Assembly (NCBI RefSeq): GCF_018977255.1
Contig: NW_024704742.1
Location: 115,694,001-115,758,000 of the forward strand
Source: Callorhinchus milii
Taxonomy: Eukaryota
Reading direction: 5' to 3'
DNA length: 64,000 bases
The position numbers were made by a program, and so were the translations under genes. Under the pieces are notes generated by a model that worked only from the letters and a program-made list of their open reading frames with translations, did no database searches and had not been told where the DNA came from. Below, piece after piece: positions 52,385 through 64,000 of this stretch. Each line of letters starts with the position of its first letter. The first letter of the stretch is position 1.

Positions 52385-52700
52385 GTCTTAAATATTCTTA
52401 ATTAGGCATAGTCTTAAAATGAGAACCAGGCCATTCAAGAGTGAAGTCAGGAATCATTTTTTCAATTAAAGGGTGGTACAAATCTGGAATTCGCTCCCCC
52501 AAAAGGCCGTGGATACTGGAACAATCCACACCTTCAAGAGTGAGGTTGATAGATTTTTTGTAGGTTAGGGTATTGAGGGATATGGGAGAAAGCGGGAAAT
52601 TGGAATTGAAAGGATTAGTTGAGGTACAAATCAGTCATGATCTAATTAAATGGTGGAACAGGCATGAAGGGCTGAATGGCCTCCTCCTGTTCCTATGTTC
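52385..52700 (+). mobile_element. CR1 3' tail
   Basis: Ends gggctgaatggcctcctcctgttcctatgttc. Confidence 0.75.
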
Positions 52701-53879
52701 CATACATTGACTGTGAGATTACTTGATGAATGCATGTTTGTGTTCTTGCTAGTCAGATAGATGATAACAGGAACTCCTACATCGTATGGTTCTTTTGATT
52801 ATGTGATCTATCCATTCATTAATCAAGTATTTGATTCCAACCTATTCAGAACTCCGCCACCTGTATCCTCACATGTACCACACACACCCTCACCCACACA
52901 CACACACACACATTCCCTCACACTCATCCACACACACACACTCCCTAACTTTGCACCTCCGTATCACCCCAGTCCTTGACAGGCTGCATCGGCTCCATTT
53001 CAACATCCTTACTCTTGCCTACAAATCACCTCATGCCCTGGTATCTCATTACCTCTCCACACACGGCACTCAGCCAACTTGGCCATCTTTCACTCCACCC
53101 GCAGCACATAGACCTTTAGCCACCTCATCCCAAACCTCTGGAACTCCGTGCCTCAAATCACTCCGCCTTGCCCCCTCTTTGCCCATCTTCAGTCACACCT
53201 GAAGACTTTCCTCTTCAACCGTGCTGATGGTCACCTCCCCTTTCTCCCAGCTTGGTGTCAATCTCTGCTAAGATGCTGTGTGAAGGGAGCTATATAAAAG
53301 CAAGTCGTCGTAGTTTTTATCATCCACACAACCTTCAAGATTTGTGATGTCAGAGATGTTAATTCTAATAACAATAAACTGATCAAACGTGGCTGAGACT
53401 GACTTCTACCTTGTGTGATGATGCAAAGCTGAGTCGCAATGAGAGTAGGCTACAAGTGTATATCATTAATTGTAAATCTTGTTGCATCTAAGCCAATGGT
53501 GGCCAACCTGTGGCCCACAGGGCTCAGGAAGCGGTTCCCCAAATACTTGCACAATTCTAGGTAAGTATTCGATTGGTAGTGTGTTTTCAGTTTTTTCTTG
53601 AATGAATAATTCTTGATTCATGGCTTATTCAATGAAGAAAATTTTATTTTGTTAACCGACCATCGATGTTGGCCACCAACTGATCTGAGTTATAATTCAG
53701 TGCAGCCATGTACAAGTCTTCTGAGATTTATTTTTAAAAAAAGCAGATCTCCTAGAAGCTGATATAAACTATCTTGAGATAAACTGAGCCAGATGAAAAG
53801 CGAGTTCCAATCTGTTTGGAAGAATTATAGCTTTCAGGTAGAGCACATACATTTCAGAACTCTGAAACTCCCTGCCTAA

Positions 53880-54278
<399 letters not shown>

Positions 54279-54883
54279 TGACTGCTTGATGCATATTTAA
54301 TGTCCAAATGCTATAATACTGTACATCAAATAGATACTTTTAAACAATTTGATGCTGAATTTATTTTGTTATTAACCCATAGGTTTTTTTTCTTTAGTCC
54401 TTTTAAAAATTTTAATTTCTCTATTTTTAAAAAAATATGGTTGTGAGAAAAGAGAAATAAAAGTCAATTTTTATAGCGCCATAATGTGTCAAAAATGCCT
54501 CAAAGTGTTACCATCAATTTGCAGGCAAATGTAGCAGCCGTTTGCGCCAGCAAAGCCTCAATACAGCCATGAATTGGTGAATTGCCCAACATTGTAGTGT
54601 GTTGTTGGCCAAGGCATCAGGAGAAACTCTTTATTTTCAAATAATTATGATGAGATTTTTAACACTCATTGCAAACTGAATTAAGCACCTTGTGGGGAGG
54701 TTGTGGGCATGATGTATTTGAAATAGCACCTTAGAATTTTATGCAGATCTTAAGTCTTGCGTTGCGGTAATTTAGACCACTCATTTTATTTCCTTTGTGG
54801 AATATATGGAATATCCCCTTTTAAAATTTATAATGTGTTTAGTTTATACACACACAAAATTAATTATTTGCCTATCTCAAAAG

Positions 54884-54970
54884 GAATACATTCAGATGCT
54901 GATGCCTCCCCTCATTCAGAAATGGAACATGTTAAAGGATGAAGACAAAGATCTTTTTCCCTTACTTGAG
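54884..54970 (+). CDS. TNPO1: TNPO1 coding exon 14 ([29 protein letters not shown])
   Basis: aag/gtgggc, 87 nt. Confidence 0.96.
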
Positions 54971-55463
54971 GTGGGCGGAAACCTTTGTAATATATTTGTG
55001 CGTGAAAATGTTGCTGATCCTTATTTGCTGTTGTTTATAGTCAGAAAGTAAAAGATCTTTGTTGTGCTAAACATTAATGGAATGAATGGAATTCATTCAC
55101 AATTTGGTACAGTATTTTGAACTTCATATGGGAAGATGCCTGCTGAAATTAAGAAACCTGTTTATCACTTATGTGATGTATTTGTTCATATGTACGTTTC
55201 TGCTAGAATTCTAACAATCTTAAAAAAAGTTCAATTTTAGCTATCTGCACATAGTGTACTCATGTTACTTTCAAATAGTAAGATTCTTCTTAATATTGAT
55301 ACTCATGAGGCATGAATATTACTATTATTTTTTGACAATGTTCTGGACCCTAGACTGTATTTTACATGAGGAAGCCATATATATTTGCAATAAGGAATTG
55401 TTCACTGAATTTCCTATTTATATTTTATTTGAAATAGCATTATAAATAACTGAATAATTATAA

Positions 55464-55697
<234 letters not shown>

Positions 55698-56729
55698 TAA
55701 TCAGTATTTCAGTAATTTTTTTTATAGTTGACCATTGAGAAAACTGAGCATTTTTTAAATGCTTACTATAATTGGCAAAATATTGCATGGTCATGAGGAC
55801 CCAGTCCACTTTTACTACTTCTATACATATTTCAGCATGGACTGGGAAATCAATTCAAGCCACACCACCATTATAGATGTCTTTCCAGCATCCGGGGACG
55901 TCTTTCCGACGGGAAGGGCACTATAGATATGTAATTATTGTTGTTGTTAAGAGCTCCGAGACTACCTGCGTGAAGGGCCCTATACAAACGCAAGTGGTTG
56001 TTGTATTCACTTTGTGGTTTGACTTCGTAGAATATAATTGTTGTCTGCAATATTGGTGTACTAAACAATTAACAAGCAAAGAACATGTGGCCTGTTAAAG
56101 CCATTCCTACCACCAATACAATACAATATGCAATACATCCCACTCAATCAATAACCTGAGGGAGAGTTTTGTATGAATATTCCCTTCCTCCCAAATTGCA
56201 CAAGCACCACTACAATTGGAGTTTATTTGGTTAAAAGTCCCAAATCCCTCTCTGCATCATCACTATTGAATCCTGATCTCCTTGCCCTGTCTCAGTAAAA
56301 TGGGAACCATTGAATCACATTATATTTGTTCATCAAATCTCTAGCTCAGGTGCTCATCCAGCACCATAAAGTGCTGGGACATCATAACAACGTGAAAAGC
56401 GTTATCAATGTAAATTGTAATTGTATTTGTGCCCGTCCTTTTACTCTAATAATCCCGACTAGTTATTTGTCCTCTTTTTGACGAAGTTAATTGACATGTT
56501 ATCAACTGCTTTTCGTGGAAGTTTGTTCCTAGGATTATTATTCATTTCCCTATTATTTCATGTTCATGTGAAGCAAGCCTGAAAATAAGCCTCCATCCTC
56601 CAGTTACCTACTGTTTTACATCTACATCATCTGTCTCTTTCAACATTTCCATAACCTTTCCCGTCAGTCTTATTGATAGAAACAAGCGCGTAGAACTTGT
56701 AGTTCTAATTATGTTGAACTCTGTTTCAG

Positions 56730-56888
56730 TTACATGGTGCACAGCCTGACCAGTGTGAAGCTCCTGATAAAGACTTCATGATTGTGGCTCTCGATTTGCT
56801 TAGTGGTTTGGCTGAAGGACTTGGAGGAAACATTGAACAACTAGTAGCACGGAGCAATATTTTATCATTGATGTACCAGTGCATGCAG
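56730..56888 (+). CDS. TNPO1: TNPO1 coding exon 16 ([24 protein letters not shown]...YQCMQ)
   Basis: cag/gtaaga, 159 nt. Confidence 0.97.
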
Positions 56889-56976
56889 GTAAGAAAATGT
56901 ACATTTTCAATATAAATAAATTCTCTACCACATACCCAATAAAGCAGCGGAGACTCGTTTATTTTTTGTTTTTTAG

Positions 56977-57069
<93 letters not shown>

Positions 57070-57153
57070 TAGTTGTTTTGTTCACTTAATTTGTTCAGTA
57101 TTTTCATTAGGTAATAAATATAAAGGTTGTGACTCACAAACATGTTTGATTAA

Positions 57154-57297
<144 letters not shown>

Positions 57298-57876
57298 TAG
57301 TATTGGTTAGGACATTCTTGTCAGGCTGAATGTGGCAGAATTGTAGATCTTTCCCATCCAATATATACAGTATAATTATATATTACAAAATTGGATCTGT
57401 GTTCTCTATTATCCTATTAATTGAAATACAGTATTACCAAAATAATTTTTTGTGACACACTGGGATCGTGACAGGATTTCTAAAAGTTACAGGACTTACA
57501 AATACCCATTTAAGAGTTCATTTAAGAAAGCCATTTAGTTTTTATACTTGTATACTTTCTTTCCCCATTTTATTGATTTGTTTTAATTCCAAGTACTGAA
57601 TTCCATTTATTCAAAACTGAATTTCCATGCATAACAGTTTACCTGGAGGTATAAATAAACACTGAACGTTATTCATATCTGTCAGGTTATGCAAATAATT
57701 TCTTAAGGGAAAAAAATCCATATCTTGTAAACTCCTACCTGTTCTTCACCCTTCTCTTCCCCTTATCTGTCTTCATATCACCTTCCCGTCCCAATAAATT
57801 GACAATCGATGATTTAAAATAATTGTACTGGATAACAATGACTAATGTAATTATAAACTTTTTGTTTCAATCTTAG

Positions 57877-57972
57877 GGATCGAAATGCAGCCTTATGTTC
57901 CAATGGTTTTACACCAGCTAGTGGAAATCATTAATAGACCTAACACACCAAAGACATTATTGGAGAATACAG
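57877..57972 (+). CDS. TNPO1: TNPO1 coding exon 19 ([32 protein letters not shown])
   Basis: tag/gtaact, 96 nt. Confidence 0.97.
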
Positions 57973-58764
57973 GTAACTCAAAACAGTGGTTTCCATAATG
58001 TATAATTTATAGTGGATGTATCTACAGTTTTTAGATTAGATGTTTCAAATATATTTTTAGATGTTAAGGTTACGTTTTTCTGAGCTGTATAGATTTAGTG
58101 TTCTGGCTATTGACAAGACAGCGCTGATCTGCTGTCTGCAGTGCATCAATTGAAATATTGATTTTGTCTGGCTTTGATATAATTGGACTGCCTGCTTAAA
58201 GCAAGATGGAACTCTACAAACTAAAATGTCCAAATGATGATTATACATATCGGGGCCACCCTGTCAATAGACTGCTTTTAAATTAGTTCATAAAGCACTA
58301 AATGTTTAATATTGGCTGTTAAAATCTCACTGCTTATTTGATGCATAATGTGTTTACAAGCCTCAAATTTCAAAATGTCAAATGAGATTAAGATGTTGCA
58401 TATAACAGAATAATTTGAGTCTAGTTCAGTATAACTTGCAAAATAAACATTTGTGTCTGTGTAACAATAGTATATATTAGCTTGGGTTTGCTTTTCCAGA
58501 ATTAAATCATTATGAGTTTCTTTCGCAAAAATTACAAAACCATTTGCTAGAACAAAAAGAGGAAATAATTTCCTTCTCCTCTCCCAGTAAAAATATTGAC
58601 TGACAATGGATCCAGTAATTATTAGAATATTAATGCGATGATTAAAGATTTGAAAAATATAAATTACTTAGGCGTTTTGGATTATTTTGAGGCTTGTACT
58701 TGGAACAAGCTTGTTGATGAGCTGCCAGATGTATGAGCTGCTAGATCAGAAAAGATGAAGCCAT

Positions 58765-59120
58765 ACAACAACAACTTGCATTTATATAGCGCCCTTCACG
58801 AGGGGTATTGTCCCGGAGCGCTTGACAGTGGCGGAGTCTGACCCCAAGCCAGGGGGAGAGGGAGGGAGGAGATGACCATAAGCATGATCGAAAAGGAAGG
58901 TTTTTGGGTGGGATTTGAAGGTGGGGAGGGAGGGGGCAAGTCGGAAGAATTGCAGGAGAGAGTTCCAGAGTTTCAGGGCGTAGAGGCTGAAGGCGTGGCT
59001 ACCGATGGTGGAGTCGAGGGGGCAGGGGACAAACGAGGTCGGAGGCAGCGGGCGGTGAAATAGGGGTTAAGCAGATTGGACAGATAGGTGCCAGGACATG
59101 AAGGGATTTAAAAACAAGTG
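58765..59120 (-). mobile_element. L2 3' end
   Basis: (CAA)n tail and gagttccagagttt motif shared with other copies. Confidence 0.7.
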
Positions 59121-61434
59121 AGGATCCATGAAAAGCCATGAAAAATGTCTCTTGATAGACGAGTTAGTTTTTTTTAAAAAAATGCACAAACTCCAATTCA
59201 GTAGGGAAAATGGATACTTTGGATAACGATGATAATGGCATTTTAATTGTGTATAAATAAACTATTGCTGTACCAAAAAAGTAGGAATGGTATATTTTAT
59301 TCAAACAGTGCTGAGAATTAACTACATTTTAGCTACATTTACAATTAGAAATTTATGACAAAGTACTGATGCTGCATGATTTAAAAACAATAATTCTAGT
59401 TCTTGTGATTTTCCGGTCAAAAATGTCTAGCAGCGGATCACTGAGCATCATTAAAGTGATCTTGAGAAAAAATGCTCTCACTAGAACTCTTTATCAAATT
59501 CTGATATTTATAAAATGACAAATTGTTTCTCCAAATTAATTTGTATTTTTAATATATTCTGTTATACGACTCTTGTTTATTTAAAACAGTTTTAAAAGTA
59601 CGAGACATACAAAATAATCACTGTTTTGATCCTGGGCACCTGACATAATACAGCAGCACTCCATTAGTTTATGTTGTTGAGTTATGTATCCATAGTCCTG
59701 CTTCTGTGCTGGTTAATGTATACTCAGGAGAAAGACATTTATATTGTTTACAAGCTTGTTCCTGTTTATTATTATTATGTAACGTTTAGGTTATTTAAAA
59801 TGTTGATGCATGTGACAGCAAGGCACTACACAGCAGCATTAAATGTATCCAAAATGTTTAATGCAGGATAACTGATCTATTTACCTTGCTAAATATGCTA
59901 CGATTTTGTCAGAAAATATTCAAAAGTTCAACAGTTCTTTGCTAAAGCATTTTTGTGTAAATCTCTGTCTGAATGTGAAGCAACACTTAATGTTTTTTTT
60001 CATTTGCAATTTCTAAAATGTATCAACACTTCCCCATTGTTGTGTGTGTGTATTCTATGTACAAGCTGTAAACATTTTCCTCGCTCTTATTCCTTATTCT
60101 CAATCTTGTAACACTGCACATAAAAAAAAGAAACTTCCAGTTTGGCATAACCCAGCACCTGAAAAATATATCCTATACTTTGTCAGTCAAAATTAGTTTT
60201 TATTTCAAGCCAGTATATTCTCCAAACAAAATCCTATTTGAAATGTTATTAAATTTTGCAGTATTTGTTCATTGGCAACTTGCATGTTCCCCAACGTGCA
60301 AGGAGCAGTTTATTACACTTAGCATAACTTTTGTGCAGTTTGATCAGTATATCCTACACTGAACTTTATTTTGAATGAACATTCATCTGCTTTTCTGCAC
60401 GTCTCATCAGATTGTTCACGAATGCCTGTTTTAATGAGAATGTTGCATAGTTTGTGTCTCTTGAACATAGGTTTCCCTTCTCTGTGCTATATGAATCTGC
60501 TGGATTTTTGGTAGCATCCTTGTAGTTAGCTTGGAGTAATCCTTGAGCCATTCCTCTTTCCTTCTGGAAGATTAACTTTGTGAGTTTAAAGGGGAACACT
60601 TCAAAACCATCTTTCTATTTGTGTGTTCATTTCCACACTTTTATTTATGTAGTCTGAATTTTTGAACATTTTAACAGAACTTGGGATGAAAGCTTTTGAG
60701 AAGGAAACAAGAGGTGTCTGAACTAAAAAAGCCTCTTGTACATTCAGATCAGGAAAATGTGGCCTGGTTAATATTTCTTTACCTGCTTCCTGGTATTGCT
60801 AGGTTTTAAGAAACCTATCCACTGTGCCCTACCATTTCAAGGCTTAAATTTATTGAATCCTAAAACATTTTCTTAATTCCTTTGCCATATATAGGGCATG
60901 GATCACTAGGTTAGTAAAGTGTTTACTATTTGCTAATCAAAATAAATTTGATAATACTCTTAACAATGATAAAGTAGAGTTTTGCATTATAATGGTAATG
61001 CAAAATGGATAGAATTTGGACTAATTTCCTTATTGTCCTTCGATATTTCTTTGATTCCTTTGAGTGCAGGTTTGATAAAATCATTTGAAGAGAAGGAGAC
61101 TAAGTTTAAACATTTTTGGAAAGACATATTTGCATGTATCCCCACAAAAGTGTTTTTGTAGAAATGGCTCATCTACAAATAGAGGAGCATTGCTCTGATA
61201 CATAGGCACCCTTTTTGAAAAAGGTAAGTTTAAAGCTCAGGTGTGTTTTGTGAGTGTTCCCACTTTAACGTGTTTGAGTTTTTTAATTTATTTTATATTA
61301 TTTTATTAAAGATTGCACCATAACCTTCGTCTCCCTTTACTGGGTCTAGTTAAATCTAATAAACACACACACAAAAAAAAAAAATGATCTTAATTTTGTT
61401 ATCATACACAGATTCTGTTGATTTCTGTTTCTGA

Positions 61435-61734
<300 letters not shown>

Positions 61735-62626
61735 TAATCTTGTCCTATCAGGTTCGTGATTTTCTTTTCAGTCGCACCGTCATGTTATATATTTTATTTT
61801 ATGTTGTGGCTAACAACTAACTGATGCATGGGATAAGATTGTCACATGCTTGCTGTATTGGAAGGCTTGATTACGAGTCGAAAGTTATTGAGTAAATTTC
61901 CATCAGAATGATAAATTGCATGCAGAAATCTGAACTCTAAAAGTTATACTGTTTTTGAAACGTACTTGTTCTGAAATTATAGATTTTAAGGTCAGACACT
62001 TTGCTTGCAAACTGTGGAAGCCATTTGTTGTATTATAAAGTATAATACAGCTTTTATGAAAACCAGCTTGTGTACCACCTTGTCGTATATTCAGTCATTT
62101 GTCTTTCACATGCTGCTTCTTAAAATTGAATGGCTAAAGTAAATATTGTTTTACTGAAAAAATTGATAGTTCTGACAAAGGGTGGCATTGTTACAATTTT
62201 AGCTTAGTTTAAGCATTCTTTAAGATAATGTTTGATTTGAAGTGTTTGATGGAATATTCAAGTCATACAAATGACTGCAATGGAGTTGTTTTAACTCTTA
62301 ATAATGTGAAATCGATTGTTTTGTGTTAGCCATTGTCCATAAATTGTGTTTAATGCTGAAGAATACTTGGATGTGCTCAACCACCAATTCACAAATAAAG
62401 TGGGGGAGAACCTAACAGTTAAAACAAGTGGAGAATTAATTGGTACAATATTTCCAAAAAGGAGAGAAAAATCTGAATTCATGATGCATATGTGATGTAT
62501 CAAATTGTCCCTTTAAATGATAACAAACAAATTTTTGTGAAGGTAAATTTATGAACAGCTAAATGAACTCTTATTCCATTAAATATTGTAAAGAGATCCA
62601 TTTTGTGCTGTATAATAATTGATTGA

Positions 62627-62794
<168 letters not shown>

Positions 62795-62884
62795 TGAATG
62801 TGTAGTAAATGTATGGTATTTTTTAATAATTATTGTGTACGTGACGAGACTGAAGGTAGAAAAACAAACTTTTAACATTTTCTT

Positions 62885-63245
62885 GTCCCGACCTTTCATC
62901 CATCACACTAGCCTTTGCCATGCTCCACTGATTCTCAATTATCGAGCAGATCAATTTAAATCGTTTTCAAATCCCTTCATGCCCTCGCACCTCCCTACCT
63001 ATCCGATTTGATTAGCCCCCACTCCATCCGCTGCCTCCGCTTGGCTGGCTCCGGTCTCCTGTTTATTCTTCGTCCCCTCCACTCCACCATGGATGGCCGT
63101 GTCTTTGGCCACTACTCCCCAAAACTCTGGAAATCTATCCCTCAATCCCTCCACCTTGCCCCCTGGCTCGGCGTCAGATTCCATCAATGTCAAGTGCTCC
63201 AGCTATCCCCGTGAAGGGTGCTATATAAATGTAAGTTGTTGTTGC
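62885..63245 (+). mobile_element. L2 3' end
   Basis: PKLWKSIPQSLHLAP motif plus gctatataaatgtaagttgttgttg tail. Confidence 0.75.
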
Positions 63246-64000
63246 TGAAATTGTCCCAAAATACCCATTAAAAACAATGCCGCAAGACTTCACATTGTGT
63301 AACTTGAGTTATGTTGTCAGTATTTTTAAAGCAATTTCCTAATTCTCGGCATGAAGCTTAAAATATACTGGCCTATTTGTTGTAAATAAATTGCTTGAGT
63401 TGCCAAATAAAGTATGCTCGTGATCGGTGGAACTTGTCATGGTGGTCATTGGGTATGATTCCACGGATATGGAGAACCTTGTTTCAGGTGCAGAGTACCC
63501 TTCATTGTATTCTCTCCAAAGCCAAGATATCCTTATGGCAATACAGTGGTCAGAATTGTGCTCAGTACTCCATGTGCGGCTGGACCAGTGCTCTATAAGT
63601 TCACTATTACTTCCTATGAATTGTGCTCTGTTCCTTTATCTATACGCAAAATATTTATTGCATCATTAATGCCCCTGCACACTATGCCGATCGTTTCAGC
63701 AATCTATTCAATAGTAGTGAAACATTGAAGTACACATCTGCATAAATAAAATATATAAAACCATAAAAATCAATTGTTAATAATTAGTGTGTTTGGTTCA
63801 GTAGGTGGGATTCTTTGTCAATGCAGTATGCTATATTTTCACATATATAAATTATTTATATTTCTTTCTCCATCTGTAATATTGATCGTTTTTTTATTAA
63901 ATAGCTTTATACTGCATCATTTCCTTATCCAATGCATATTTCCTCCATGTCCTATTTCATGTAGATTCGAAATTTGTCGCACGTTGTTTTTCATACTTGT

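Overview
Vertebrate genomic DNA, not prokaryotic. The repeat content (tRNA-head and Deu-domain SINEs, L2, CR1, Tigger/pogo, a Penelope-like hairpin) suggests a cartilaginous fish, possibly a chimaera; this is inference. The + strand carries transportin-1 (TNPO1): a CpG-island promoter (about 2.5-3.8 kb) and 21 coding exons (3321-62782, about 830 of about 890 codons). The last exons lie beyond the window. Splicing oddities are a U12-type first coding intron, a GC-AG intron and an exon with a long AG-exclusion zone. Coding exon 8 has a 1-nt deletion that frameshifts TNPO1 as assembled. The most unusual observation is in the 28.6-kb intron (4274-32874). Its - strand holds more than 15 exon-like segments with good acceptors, and several junctions are phase-compatible. 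Their translations resemble, by eye, repeated F5/8-type-C (discoidin) and COLFI-like modules. This looks like a nested, antisense, decayed multi-exon gene for a secreted protein whose architecture I do not recognise in vertebrates. Domain calls are visual and need HMM confirmation.
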